Origin: Lama guanicoe
Taxonomy: Eukaryota
Direction of reading: 5' to 3'
Assembly: GCA_013239625.1 (NCBI GenBank)
Contig: MU054129.1
Span: forward strand, 127,238-191,237
Length of the DNA stretch: 64,000 nucleotides
Position numbers and translations under genes: made by a program. Of this stretch, positions 38,147 to 52,460 are shown piece after piece; positions within the stretch are counted from its first letter, which is position 1; every line of letters begins with the position of its first letter. Under the pieces are notes generated by a model. The model was not told the DNA's origin, ran no database searches, and saw only the letters and a list, made by a program, of their open reading frames with translations.

Positions 38147-38365
38147 GGGGAGGAGGGTACAGTTCAGTGGTAGAGCACATACTTAGCCTGCGTGAGGTCC
38201 TGGGTTCAATCCCAAGTATCTCCATTAAAAAAATGAAACAAAAAATAAACTTAATTACTCCATAAAAAATAATTAAAAATTAAAAAGGAAAAACATTGCA
38301 ATTAACACAACATTGTAAACTTGACTATACTTCAATTAAAAACAAAACAAAACAAAAAAAAACCC
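38147..38365 (+). mobile_element. Vic-1-like SINE followed by a short L1 3' tail
   Basis: ggggaggagggtacagttcagtggtagagc...gaggtcctgggttcaatccc with A tail, then aacacaacattgtaaacttgactatacttcaatt and poly-A. Confidence 0.85.
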
Positions 38366-40539
38366 CAAGAAAGCAAACCTTGCCTTACAAGAATATATCT
38401 AGATCAAGGCAGATTGCAAATGCAAAATGCCTAGGTTACCATCTGCATAAAAAGGGGGGACTGTACAAATTTACTAATCCCTCCTTTATGAGCTGTATTT
38501 CCTTTGGGAGGTTTTATGACCTCTGAGAGTTAATTTTCACAGATGAAAAAAAGAAACATTAGCTGATTCTCAGTACTGCTGAAGAATCAGATAAATAACC
38601 CTATCATCTGACCCACAGAGTGTACTCAATATATGTTTGTTGAATGAATGAATAAACAAGCAAGTGAATGCTGCTCCCTGCCACAATCATAATGGTACTG
38701 TCTGGAAATCCCAAGCCCATGTTACACCCGACTCTACACTAACCATGTGAGTGACCTGGGAAGGCCTGTGTGCTTCTCTAAACCCCACTTTAATCACTAA
38801 TAGAAATGAGGGTAATAACACAATCCTCAAAGGGTTAGTGAGTCAATAATGAATTGTACCCCAACCTTGCAATATGAAACCATTAAGGAAAATTGGGCAA
38901 AGAGTACATAGGCTGTCTCCGTATCAGCTCTTACAACATCATGGGAATCTTCATTACATCTCAAAATAAAAAGTCTACTTTTTTAAAGAGGCTATTGAGA
39001 TTAAATGAGCTCACTGTCTTAAATAAGGAACACACAGTACAAATAGGACAATGCACAGCCCATGAGATACACTCAGTAAACATTCCCACTGAGCCCACTG
39101 GTCTCTCCAACTTCAGAACACAAGGATGGGTCCTCATGGCAATAGGCCACTGCACCTGAAGCTAAGAAAGCTAATGATGCCCACTTCCAAGAGCCCCTGC
39201 CTCCACCTTAGGTCTAATTTTGTATTTGTAACTTTGTTTTCTTTTTCTTAAATAGGAACCCCCAATTGCATAGCCTTCAGGTCACCAAAACCTGACCACG
39301 GAAATCATGACAGCAGCCCTCCCCAGTGAAACAATAAAATTAAAATCCATATCCACAAGAACTCTGTGTAATTTTAATGGCAGGAAATTCATCCTGGACT
39401 GAGAGGAAGAGGACTGGGGAGGAGGGGGCAATCTGGGGCACACAGACCCAGGGGCCACCTGTCCCATGATGGACTTTAGACTCAACCCTCACCCTCCAGG
39501 AACTTCAAAATACACATCGACAGCATGTTACAGACAAGGTTTTCTTTTTTTAAAGAAATCCCTGACTCCCTAACAGGTCATGTTTCTACTGAGAAACTAA
39601 TGACTTACGTGTATATTGTTTCATGAAAACCCTAAAATAATAACATTCCAACTTGACACATGAAGAAACGGAGGAAAAGAGAGGTTTATCACATTGTGCA
39701 AGATTAGAGAGAGGCCACGTCAGAGGCTGTATTTAAACCAAAGCCCCTGCTCCAGTGCTTATACCATAAAGTTTGACATAGTGTCCCCCTCCTGCCCCCT
39801 CCCTTTAATAAATCTCTGAAGACTTTTCTGCACCACTTGGAAAGAACCAAAATCACATCAACTTTCCACAAAGAGCTGTGTCACCCCTTGGAGGACGTAT
39901 CAAAATCTGAAGAGTTAGGGTGGGAGGAGAGATTTGAATTCTCAGTTTCTTGAAAGGAGACATGGGTTTAAAAGAAACCAAAAAGCACTTATCTAGTCCA
40001 TGCTTTCACTGTGCAGAGAAGGAAATGGAGCCTCAGAAGAGATGAGGAAAGGGACTTATTAACAAATCTTGCCTCAGTGCAGCACCAAGCCAGCCCTGAG
40101 CGCTGCTGGGGGAGGATCTGGAAGGCCCAGGAGAATGAGTGTTAGAAAAAAGGAAGGAGAAGAAGTATATAAATCCCTGTCTCTACACCACCATACCATG
40201 AAGTTCTATCAAATGATCCACTACAGGTGCAGCCAACATTAAGGTGGGCTAAGCGTAGGTTACAGAAACCCAGAAGTCTAAATCGTACTGGAAATTCCAA
40301 CTTTTACTTTTTTTTCCCCAGTTCACGCATGAGCTCAGCGGGAGCTCCGTGCCAGGCACTACACGAGGCCTGGAGTTCTCCCAAATTCAGATCTCTATGA
40401 ACACGTGTGCAAACCACATGCAGGCCCACCAGAAGAGAAAACCTACAGACAAGATGGAATTAATGAAAGTGTAGGCAGCCAACCAGCATATATTACTAGC
40501 AAAAAGGATGCTGCTAGAAATACTCATGGACATAGCAAA

Positions 40540-40830
40540 CTGTGGTCAGCAGGTGGGAAAGGGGGGAGGGACAGATTAGGAGTTTAGGATTAACAGATAC
40601 ACATAACTATGTATAAAATAAATAAATGACAAGGACCTACTGTATAACACAGGGAACAGGAACTATATTTCTTGTAATGAGTTGTACTAAAAACACTCTG
40701 AAAATTATATGTGTACATATGCATAAATATAACTGAATCACTGCTGTACTCCTGAAACTAACATTGTAAATTGACTACACTTCAATAAAAAGTAAGAATT
40801 TAAGAAATAAATAAATAGAAATAAAAGCAA
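40540..40830 (+). mobile_element. L1 3' UTR fragment (cetartiodactyl type)
   Basis: ggagtttaggattaacagatac...caaggacctactgtataacacaggg...taactgaatcactgctgtactcctgaaactaac, then A tail. Confidence 0.85.
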
Positions 40831-41784
40831 CACCATTAAAAAAATTAAAAGGACTCTGTAATCTCCTTAGCTGTAGGAGGGACAGAACACTGGTTGCAAG
40901 CACCAAGTCCACTGGATCACTCCAGCACTGGCTGTCACTCTTTCTGACCATCAGGGAGGCACTTGGTTTCACTGAGGTTAGTTTTCTCTTCTGTGAAAGG
41001 CTACATCACAACTAATGATGTATATAATCTCATCATTCACAGACCAACAATTAGTAAGGACTTCCCATGGGCCACACTCTACAGAGATAAAAAGATAGGG
41101 TCCCAGATATGCTCATGGATAGAAAATGTTTATGTCATAAAGACATTAATTCTACCCATTCTAATATATAGATTCAATGCAATGCTGATTAGAATTCTCC
41201 CCAGATTTTTCATGGAATGTAGCAAGTTTATTTATGTTCAGGAACAGCCAAGAAACTTCTTTAGAACTGGGGAGGGTTGGATGGGTCATTCATTTCCACA
41301 GCTCTTTTTGAAGCAATGGAAACATTCTGGAATAATGATGGTTGCACCACTGTGAATATGCTAAAAGCCGCCAAATTGTACCATTTAAATGGGTGGACTT
41401 CAGGTTATGTGAACAAAATTGCAATGAAACTGTTATATTTAAAAAACATTTCCTGACAACTATTTTTCCCTCTATACTAGTAATATGCCCCACAATTTAA
41501 GAAAAACAAAAAACCAAAACCGAACAAAAATTTTCCAAGAGATCTTTTAGACTGCAATATTCTTGGGTCTCCAACGCCTCTGGTGGTGCTGCTACTGTTA
41601 ATATACACTAGTTGAGCTGGACTAGTTAGGGACTGTGACTATCTTTTTAAAAATGATGGTCATATGTTTCACACTAGGAGGGGAGAGGATGGAGGATGTC
41701 TCATCCCTCATGCCCTCATGTTTAACTGAACTAAGCCCTGCTTTCAACACTGTAATACCTCTCACTATAAAAACACATGATATT

Positions 41785-44700
41785 GGAGTTTAGAAGCAAG
41801 ATGGAGTAGTGGAAGAATGCTTGTAGCTCACTCTCTCCAACAAATATACCAAAACTCACATCTATGGACCCACTCAGCCAACCAGAGCACCTGCTGAAGG
41901 CAGACAGAACATCACCTTCGAAAGACAAAGAAGCAAAAAAATCTGTTTTATTCCCGCATAGGCTTTAGGCAGATAAATAAATACACTCCTTAAGGACCAC
42001 AATAGATAGCTGATAATCCTTAAGTCACAGTGCCAGAGAGATATGAGCAATATGAAGAAGCAGAGGAACCACTCCCAATTAAAAGAGCAAGAGAAACCCC
42101 CTGAAAGCACAATCAAGGAAATAGACATTGATGGACTACTAGATCAAGATTTAAAAGAAAGGAGTGATCAAAGTACTGAAGGAACTAAAAGAGATAGTGT
42201 TTAGAGATATAAAATATGTCAAAAATGAAATAGAAGCTATAAAGAAGAACCAAGTAGAATTGGTAAACTCATTTGCTGAAATGAGAAGTGATCTAAAAGC
42301 TGTACATAGCAGACTAGATAATGCAGAGGAATGAATAAGTGACCTAGAAGACAGAGCAACAGAAACCACCCAATCAGAACAGCTGAGAGAAAAACAAATA
42401 AAAAACAATGAAAACAATAAAGGGACATATGTGATAATACAAAGCACACTAATCTAAGCATAATAGAGTTTCCAGAAGGGAAAGAAAGAACAAACGGGAT
42501 TGAAAAGGTATTTGAAGAAATCATGACTGAAAACTTCCCAAACATAAAGAAGGAATCAGATATCCAAGTACAGGAGGCTCACAGGGTCCCAGCAGGAAGA
42601 ACCCAAACAGACTCACACCAAGACACATCCTAATCAAGATGTCCAGAGTCAAGGATAAAGAAATGATCCTAAAGGCAGTGAGAGAAAGAACAAAGGTGAG
42701 TTATAAGGGAACCCCCATAAGGCTCTCAGTTGACTTCTCTACACAAATACTGCAGGCCAGAAGGGAATGGCAAGATATATTCAAAGTCCTGAATGAAAAA
42801 AATATGCAGCCTAGGATACTCTATCCAGCAAGGCTATCCTTTAGAATAGAAGGAGAGATAAAGAACTTCACAAATGAGCAAAAACTAAGAGCTTAACAGC
42901 ACTAAACCCATGCTAAAAGAAATATTGACAGGTCTACTCTAAATAGAAAAGAATCAGGATGCTATAAAAATGAGAAACTCAGAACTGGAAAGGAGATGAC
43001 TGCCATGAATTACAAATAGAATAAATACAAAATTGTAAAAGAAGACATCTAATTCATTAAGAGTGGGAGAGGGAAGCAACAAAACATACAGTATTTTGTT
43101 TTTCTTTCTTCTTTAAAACAAAATGTGTTCTTGGTAGGATGGGTTTGAGCTAATATTACTATCTGTTTTGTACAAACATTTACAGTAATAGGTTAATAGA
43201 CTTACAAAAAAGGGTATCCACAAGCCAAAAGCTTACATGTGAGTCAAACAAACTAAATGAAATCCAAGATAATACACAGGAAACTTACCTAATCACTAAA
43301 GGAAGAAGAAATGAACAAAGAGAAAGTGCCAAATCAAATGCAAAAATAAGTTGAAAATGGCAATAAATACTGACCTATCATTAATTAATGTAAATATTAA
43401 TGGACTAAATGCTCCAGTCAAAAGACGTAGAGTGGCAGACTGGATAATAAAGCAAGAACCTTCAATATGCTGCATATAACAGACACACTTTTGGGATAAG
43501 GACACATATAGATTGAGAGTGAGAGGATGGAAAGGATATTCCATGCAAATGGAAAAGCCAAAAAAAGCAGATGTAACAGTACTGATTTCAGACAAAATAG
43601 ACTTTAAAACAAAGACCATAAAGAAAGATAAAAAGGATATATTATAATGATTAAAGGAGTAATACAAGATGAGGATATTACAATCATTAATATATACGCA
43701 CCCAACATAGGAGTACCTAAGTACGTAAAACAACTACTAACAGAGATAAAGGAGAAAATTGATGGGAATACAATCACTGTTGGAATATTTTAACACCACA
43801 TTAACATCACTAGACAGATCTTCCAGACAGAAAATAAAGAAGGCAACAGAGAAATTAAATGATACAATAGAAAAATTAGATTTGGTGGGTATTTTTAGAG
43901 CATTGCATTCCCCAAAAATAATACATTCTTTTTCACATGGAACATTTTCTAGGATTCATCATGTACTTGGGCACAAAAGAAGCCTCAACAATTTTAAGAA
44001 GATAGAAATTATCTCAAACATCTTTACTGACCACAATGCCATGAAACTATAAATCAACTACAGAGAAACAAAGAAGAAAAAAGAAAAGTATGGAAATTAA
44101 ACAACATTCTATTAAAAAACCAAAGGGTCAATGAGGAAATCAAAGTTGAAATTAAAAAATACCTTGAGACAAATGAAAATGAAAACGCAACCACACAAAA
44201 CTTATGGGATGCAGCAATGTCAATGCTAAGAGGGAAATTTACAGCAATACAGGCCTTCCTAAAAAGAAGAACAATCTCAAATAAACAATATAATCCACCA
44301 GCTAAAAGAACTAGAAAAAGAAGACCAAAAACACCCAAAAGTCAGCAGAAGGAAGGAAATAATAAAACTCAGGGAGGAAATAAATAAAATAGACATTTAA
44401 AAAATAGAAAAAATCAATTAAACCAAAGGCTGGTTTTTTGAAAGAGTAAATAAAATTGATAAACCTCTGGCCAAACTCACAAAGAAGAAAAAAGAGAGAG
44501 CACAAAGAAGCAAAATAAGAAAGGAAAATGGAGAAATTACAACCAATAAACATGGAAATACAGAATATCATACGAGAATATTATGAAAAACTGTATGGAA
44601 CCAAAATGGATAACCTACAGGAGATGGACAAGTTTCTGGAAACATACAGTCCACCAAGATTGAATCAAAAGAGACTAACCACTTGAACAAACTGATCACT

Positions 44701-47495
44701 AGAAATGAAATTGAATTAGCAATTTAAAAACCTCCCTACAAATAAATGTCCAGGACCAGAAAGCTTCACAATGGAATTCTACTAAACATACAAAGAGGAA
44801 CTAATACCAGTCCTTCTCAAACTCTCTCAGAAGACTGACAAAGAGGGAATATTCCCAAACTCATTCTATAAAGCCACCATCACCCTGATACCAAAACCAG
44901 GCAATGCCACCACCAAAAAAAACAGAATTACAGACCATTATCACTGATTAACATAGATGCAAAAATCCATACCAAAATACTAGCAAATAGAATCCAACAG
45001 CACATTAAAAAGAGTACACACCATGATCAAGTGGGGTTCATCCCAGGGACACAAGGATGGTTCAGCATACGCAAATCAATCAATGTAATAGTAATACATC
45101 ACATCAACAAAAGAAAGGGAAAAAAAAACATGATCTTCTCAATAAATACAGAAAAAGCTTTTGATAAAATTCAACACCTATTTATGATAAAAATTTTCAC
45201 CACTGTGGGTATAGAGGGAACATATCTCAACATAATAAAAGCTACAGCCACCATAGTACTCAACGGTGAAAAGCCCAAAATTTTCCCACTAAAATCTGGG
45301 ACAAGACAAGGCTGGCCAACATCACCACTTCTATTCAAGATAGTCTTGGAAGTCCTAGCCACAGCAATCGGGCAAGAGAGAGAAATAAAAGGGACCCAGA
45401 TTGGAAAAGAAGAGGTAAAAGTGTCACTATACGCATATGACATGATACCACATATAGAAAACCCTAAAATGTCCACACGAAAACTACTAGAAATAATCGA
45501 AGAATTCAGCAAGGTAGCAGGTTACAAGATTAACAATCAAAAATCAGTTGCATTTCTTTACACTAATGGTGAATCAACAGAAAAAGAAAGTAAAGAAACA
45601 ATTCCCTTTAAAATGGCACCCAAAGTAATAAACTATCAGGAGTAAATCTAAATAAGGAGGTGAAAGACTTATACATGGAAAACTATACAAACACTGATTA
45701 AGGAAATTAAAGAAGACTTAAAAAAATGGAAAAAATATCCCATGGTCGTGGAGTAGAAGAATCAATATTGTTAATTATATTGTTGGTCACCCTGCTCAAA
45801 GCAATCTACAGATTTAATGTAATCCCTATCAAATTACCCAGGACATATTTCACAGAACTACAACAAATCATAATAAAAATTTATATGGAAGCACAGAAGA
45901 CCTAGAATTGACAAAGCATTACTGAAGAAAAAGAAAGAAGCTGGAGAAATAACCCTCCCAGATTTCGACAATACTATACAGTTACAGTAATCAAAATATC
46001 ATGATATTGGTACAAAAACAGACATATGAACCAATGGAACAGAATAGAGAGCCCAGAAATGAACCCACAAACTTTTCATTAACTAATCTTTGACAAAGGA
46101 GGCAAGAAAATATAATGAAACAAAGACAGGCTCTTCAGCAAATGGTGTTGGGAAAACTGGACAGCAGCATGTAAAGCAATGAAGCTAGAACACTCCATTT
46201 CACCATACACAAAAATTATCTCAAAATGGATCAAAGACTTAAACATAAGACAAGATACAGTAACCCTCCTAGAAGAAAACCTAGGCAAAGCATTATCTCT
46301 CATACATCTCAAAATGTTCTCCTAGGATAGTCTACCCAAGCAATAGAAATTAAACAAGTATAAACAAATGGGACCTAAGTAAACTTACAAGCTCTTGCAC
46401 AGCAAGGGAAACCATAAGCAAAACAAAACAACAACATACAGAATGGGAGAAGATTTTTGCAAAAGATGAAACTGACAAAGTCTTGATCTCCAGAAAATAT
46501 AAGCAGCTTATATGACTTAATATGAAAAAACCAAACAGCCCCATCCAAAAATGGGCAGAAGACCTAAACAAGCAATTCTCCAAAGAAGAAATACAAATGA
46601 TCAATAGGCACATGAAAAAAATGCTCAATATCACTAATTATCAGAGATTTGCGAATCAAAACTGCAGTGAGGTATCACCTCACACCAGTCAGTATGGCTA
46701 TCAGTCAAAAGTCCACAAATAACAAATGCTGGAGAGGCTGTGGAGAAAATGGAACCCTCTTACACTGCTGGTGGGAATACAGTTTGGTGCAGCCACTGTG
46801 GAAAACAGTATGGAGATTTCTCAAAAGACTAGGAACTGACTTACCATACGATCCAGGAATCCCATTCTTGGGTATATATCCAGAGGGAACCTGACATCAA
46901 AAAGACACCTGCACCCCAATGTTCACAGCAGAACTCTTTACAATAGCCAAGACATGGAAACAGCATAAATGTCCATAGAAACATGACCGGACAAAGAAGA
47001 TGTGATATACCTATACAATGGAGTACTATTCAGACTTGAAAATGACAATATAATGCCATTTGCAGCAACATGGATGTCCCTGGATAATGCCATTCTAAAT
47101 TAAGTAAGCCAGAAAGAGAAAGAAAAATACCATATGTTGCTCATATGTGGAATCTTATAAAAACAAAAAAAAATAAACTTAAATGTAAAACAGAAACAGA
47201 CACACAGACATAGAATACAAACTTGTGATTGCCAGGGGAGAGGAGGGTGGGAAGGGACAGACTGGGAGTTCAAATTTTGTACATACTGACAGGTATATAT
47301 ACAATAGAAAAACAAGTTTATACTGCATACCACATGGAAATATATACAAGATATTGTGGTAGCTCATGGTGGAAAAGTATGTGACAATGAATAAGCGTAT
47401 GATTGAAAAATTGTGCTCTACACTTGAAATTGACACAACATTGTAAACAGAGATTAACTCAATAAAAAAAAAATAAAAAGATTATTAAAAAAAAG
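41785..47495 (+). mobile_element. Near full-length inactive L1
   Basis: 5' end AAGCAAGATGG with most of the 5' UTR apparently deleted near 41945. ORF1 about 42043-42946 (QARREWQDIFKVL...ILYPARLSF). ORF2 from about 43357 with endonuclease and RT motifs (AFDKIQH, GTRQG, YADD decayed to YAYD). Many stops and frameshifts. 3' UTR and poly-A present. No clear TSD. Confidence 0.97.
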
Positions 47496-47499
47496 AAAG

Positions 47500-47790
47500 T
47501 TGTCCTGGGGTCCCCTAATCTTCCCAATGCCAGAACCCTAGGCTGGGGAACCTGATGCTGGGCTTATAATTCCCACTCCTGTTGGAGGTTCATTGTGACT
47601 TATTCTTCACCTTGTGAGTTGCCCACAGTGAGGGATATGGGGCCCACCTCTATCATGAGAATGCCCCTCTTACCATCCTGCTGTGGTTCCGTCTCTGTGT
47701 TTCCACTGAAGATTTCTTTTGCTAGGATCTAGTTTTTTTTTTTTTTTGATGCTTGTTTAGCAGTCAATTGTGGTTTCACTGTAGTCATGA
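47500..47790 (-). mobile_element. Antisense L1 5'-UTR fragment
   Basis: Reverse complement begins like an L1 5' end (cctctcctcatgactacagtgaaaccacaattgactgctaaacaagcatc...aaagaaatcttc). Confidence 0.6.
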
Positions 47791-47799
47791 GGAGAGGCA

Positions 47800-50330
47800 A
47801 ATAGTGGAAGCCTATCAGCTGGCTTTCAGCTGCCAGAAGGAGCAGCCATGATATATTTAAAGTACTCAAAGGAAAAAACCTGCAATCTAGGCCACCTACT
47901 CAGCAAAGTTATTAATCAGAATTGAAAGAGAATTAAAAAGCATCTCAGATGAGCAAAAACTAAGAGTTCATCATTCCTAAACTGACGTTACAAGAAGTAT
48001 TAAAAAGTTTTCATTATGTGACAAAGAACAAGAAGTAAGAACTTATTTGAAGGGGGAAATCCCACTTTAAAGGCAAAAATGGAGCAATGGCTATGAATCA
48101 GACATTTAAACAAGCTACTACAAAGACTAAAAGACAAAATTTCTAAAAACTATACTTACAATAAACATTTATAGGATGCATATGAAGATGTAAAAAATAC
48201 AATCAAAAAAGGAGTGGAGAGGGAGTAAAAGAGCAGATCTTTTTTGAACTTATATAACCTTAAATGACAATCAGTTTAAAACAATCAGATATTGTAACAA
48301 AGCAACTTATATGAACCTCATGGTGTCCATAAATCAAAAACTTACATTAGATATGCAAAAACAAGTGAGAAGCACAAATGTAACAATAAAGAAAATCAAC
48401 TACCCATAAGGGAATTGTATGAAAGAAGGACAGAGAAGAACTACAAAAACATGTAGCAAGGTGGCAGGATACAATATTAACATACACAAATCAGTTGCAT
48501 TTTTTACACTAACAATAAAATAGTAAGAAAAGAAAATAAAGAAACAATCCCCTTTAAAATCACAACCAATAAATGATAAAATACTTACGAATAAATCTGA
48601 CAAAGCATGTGAAAGACTTATACAAGAAGAACTACAAAATACTGATTAAAGAAATTAAAGATGACTTAAAGAAATGGAAAGAAATATTATGCTCTTGGAT
48701 TGGAAGAATCAATATTGTTAAAATGGCAGTACTGTTCAAGGCAATTGACAGATTTAATGCAATCCCTATCGAGTTACCCAGGACATTTTTCACAGAAATA
48801 GAACAAATAATCCTAAAATTCCTATGGACTCATAAAGACCCAAAATTGACAAATCAATATTGAAGAAATAGAATAAAGGTGGAGGAATGACCTTCCACAA
48901 CTTCAGATGAATCTACAGAGATACAATAATCAAAACAGTGTGGTACTGGTATGAAACCAGACATATAGATCAATGGAATAGAACACAGAGCCCAGAAATA
49001 AACACAGACCTACAGTAAATTAGTCTTCAGCACAGGAGGCAAGCACACACACTGCAGTAAAGACAGTCTCTTCTGCAAATGATGCAGGGAAAACTGGACA
49101 GTTGTATGCAAATCAATGATGTTAGAACACTCCCCCACACCACACACAAAAACAAATTCAAAATGGCTTAAAGACTTAAATATAAGACAAGACAATACAA
49201 GCCTCTTAGAAGAAAACATTAGCAAACCATTCTCTCACATACTTCTCAGCAATGTTCTCCTAGGGCAGTCTACTCAAGCAATGCAAATAAAAGCAAAAAA
49301 TAAACAAACAAGACCCAACTGAACTTACAGGCTTTTGCACAGCAAATGAATCCTTAAGCAAACAAAACAGCAACCTACGGGATGGGAGAAAATATCTGCC
49401 AATGATGTGACTGAGAAAAGCCTAATTTCCTGAGTATATACACAGCTCACACAAGTTCATAACACAAAACAAGCAACCCAATCCAAAAATGGGCAGAAGA
49501 TATAAACAAGCATTTCAGCAATGAAGACATAAGGCCAATGGGCACATGAAAAAATGCTCAATACTACTCATTATCAGAGAAATGCAAATCAACACTACAA
49601 TGAGGTATAACCTCACACCAGTCAGAATGGCCATCATGAATGAGAAATGCTGGAGAGGTTGTGGAGAAAAAGGAAGCCTCATACACTGTCACTGGGAAAT
49701 GTAGTTTGGTATAGCCATTATGGAAAACAGTATGGAAATGCCTCAAAAAACTAAAAATAGACTTGCCCTATGAATCAGCAATCCCACTTCTGGGTATATA
49801 TCCAGAGGGGACTCCAATTTGAAAAGGGACCTGTACCCTAATATTCACAGCACCACTATATACAACAGGCAAGACATAGAAGCATACTATAACGTAGCAA
49901 CAGATGACAGGATAAAGAAATTGTGGTATATCTATGCATTGGAATACTACTATGCCATTAAAAAGGATGAAATAATGTTATTTGCAGCAAGGTGGATAGA
50001 CCCAGAGAATATCATTCTAAGTGAAGCAAACCAAAAGGGGAAAGAAAAATACCACATGATATCACTCCACTTGATATCATGTGGAATCTTAAAGAAAAAG
50101 AAGAAAGAAACAAGGTCAGTATGAATTCATCTACAATACAGAAAGAGACTCGTACACATAGTTAACAATCTCATGGTTACCAGGGAAAGGGGGTGGGAAG
50201 AGATAAATTTGGGTGTTTGAGACTTACAAATGTTAGCCACTATATATGAAAATAGATTTTAAAAAAATCTTTATTCTCTATAGCACAGAAACTTACATTC
50301 AATATCTGGTAATAACCTATACTGGAAAAG
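47800..50330 (+). mobile_element. Older rearranged L1 (ORF1 end, internal deletion near 48455, ORF2 3' half, 3' UTR cut before poly-A)
   Basis: [15 protein letters not shown]...[17 protein letters not shown]. The sequence jumps from the inter-ORF spacer directly to agcaaggtggcaggatacaa and ends at aataacctatactggaaaag with no tail. Confidence 0.9.
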
Positions 50331-50389
50331 CCGCTACTGCCACAACCTGAGGAAGCAAGAGAAGAAATGAGAGTGAGTTACCCTGGGCT

Positions 50390-51250
50390 AGAGCCCCGTC
50401 CTCCACAAGTCCTTGCCCGCTGTTGACGCTGCCCTAGACAGCACTGCACCCTCCTCCCAGGAGCGGGCTGGCATGAATATGTGTCTCCGAAACCGGGGCA
50501 GCAGAGGCCGCCCCAAGAACAGGCCCTGGAGATGGGAGCAAGTCCACCTGCTCCCCCTGAGGACAGGAACCCCTCCTCTCAGCCGCCGCCCACTGACTGC
50601 ACCGCACCAGACTCCAGGGAGCAGGCCACGGTCTGAGGGCCGGTTGGAGATGTTCCGGGGCCACACCCGCTTTCCCAAACCCAGGAATAAGAGTCAGGGC
50701 AGACGCGGGGTTCAGGGACTACTAAGGAGAAGGGACAGCACCACGAGCCAGGCGGCGGCCTCAGACCCTCCTCAGGGTCCTAATAGGCCTCGTGGCCTGG
50801 GACTCAACTAAGCACCCCTACCCATGCACCTCCCCAGCTGCGCAGCTCAGACCACACTCGCCAGCTCCGTGCCCCATCCAGCGCCCCATCACCTCCCAGG
50901 CGGCGGCAGCGGAGGAACTGTAGCGTCGGCCCAGACTCCAGGCAGTGCTCCTTTTCAGGGAGCTGCTGCAGGAACATCCGGTTCCCACCTGGCTGCCACA
51001 CCCTCTGCGCGGGTTCCGCTGTCCGCTCGTCTGTGCTTTTGCGCATGTGCGCCCCTCCCCATCCCGCCGGCATCAGGGACTTTCGGCTGGGGCTCCTGCT
51101 GTACCGGAAGTGGCGCCTGGGGCCAGGAGGACCTGGGTGGGTCACTGCGGTGGGGAGGTCGGCTGGGACCCCACCCTTCTGTAGGCCCACTCTCATGCGG
51201 ACCTACCCTTCTGCCCGCCACAACGCTGCCCGCCATTCTCCAGATCTCCA
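50390..51250 (-). promoter_or_regulatory. Partly decayed CpG island, candidate promoter and exon 1 of the TRAPPC9-like copy
   Basis: The most CpG-dense region of the window. ETS/GABP sites ACCGGAAGTG (51103-51112) and ACCGGATGT (minus strand, 50974-50982). NRF1-like TGCGCATGTGCG (51040-51051). Candidate donor GAG|GTGATG at 50893/50892. Lies upstream of exon 2. Confidence 0.65.
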
Positions 51251-52460
51251 TCCCCAGTGCCCCCATACCGCCACCAATTGGGCCCTGGCACTCAAAGCCA
51301 CGACCGCCCTGGGCCAGGCCCTAGCCCCAGCCCCACTCCCCTTGCTAGCCTCTCCCTTCCCGATACTATCCTCCCATCCTGGGCAGGCCCAGCCTCCCAC
51401 CAGACCCCGAAGATGGGGCTCCTTCTCCTCACACCAAGGTCCCTGCCACATACTCCATCCTGCTAGGTCCTAACTTATGGCCCCTACACCCCAACTTCAC
51501 CCCTCATGCCTCACCACAGGACCTCCAACATCCCGAAGTGCTCCCCCTCACCCCTCAACTGGGTCAGTTCCTTCTGAGCGGCCCGTCACATCTCAGCCTG
51601 TACCCCCTTCGCCGCGGGTTCCCCCCTCAATCCTAGTGCACCCCTACCTGCAGATGACTCTCTCACCACTCACCCCGTGGTTGGGGTTTGGTAGTCCAGA
51701 CTCCAGTCCCCATGGTGACTGCCACCAGCGAGGGTTCCGGCCTAGTGTGCACATGCATAGCTAGTGTCTGAAGCTACAGGGTGAGGCGGGCCGAGCTGGA
51801 GGCAGATACAATTCCCGCCCTGGTGTCCTGAACCCTGCGCGCTGTGCCTCATCTGAGTCTGAGTGTCAGGGTGATCTCTGGCTGCCCGCAACTGGCCTGT
51901 GGACCTGGGGTGGTTGATGGTCCTGATGGTGATGCAGACCCCTAGGGCAGAAACACTGGGAATGCGGACCTGCAGGGATTGGGGAGTTTGGAGGGTGCAG
52001 CTAAGCCCAGAGACGGAGAGCAGGCAGTTGGCTGTGTGCACAGGGTGGTGTGCATGGCGTGGGCTCAGCCCATGTGGGTGCAGGGACCTTGTTCATTCAC
52101 ACTGGGCCAAAGGGAAGAGGGATGGGAGCTTTTAAAGTGTTCATGTTAGGAAGCCAAGGCTGGAGAACAAAGCAGACAGCTTCGCTGGCCAGGCCACCTT
52201 GGAACCCTCCATGTTGCTGGTCCCTTGCATCAGAGGAGACTGACCGTTGACTGGCCTGTGAGATGTCCCTTGCCATGGTATGGTTTACAGGCAATTGAAG
52301 GGACTTTGACTGCAATTTTAATCACCAGTAATTGTTACTTTCTCTGCAGGAGATCAAGTCCACAGTCATGGTGAACCTGGAAGGACTCCTGCCTGAACCC
52401 CAGCCTGGGGCAGAGGAGGACCCACCTGTAAATATCCTCTTACCTCTCACCAAAAGGCAC

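Larger units (their letters stand above)
4199..51250 (-). pseudogene. TRAPPC9: Unprocessed TRAPPC9-like pseudogene, copy 1 (probably continues left of the window)
   Basis: Five exon remnants match consecutive segments of the TRAPPC9 N-terminus in correct order and strand, most with splice sites, separated by 7-9 kb introns. Multiple stops and frameshifts. A CpG-rich promoter-like region lies upstream. Confidence 0.92.

Noticed and set aside
38147..38230. tRNA-like A/B boxes (also at 20358 and 26759)
   Set aside because: SINE heads with A-rich tails and no intact cloverleaf, so not tRNA genes.
42043..47100. L1 ORF1/ORF2 as functional CDS
   Set aside because: Many stops and frameshifts, and the catalytic YADD reads YAYD.
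50388..51764. Cluster of 100-166 aa ORFs on both strands
   Set aside because: Expected from stop-codon scarcity in GC-rich DNA. Low-complexity Pro/Arg/Gly translations.
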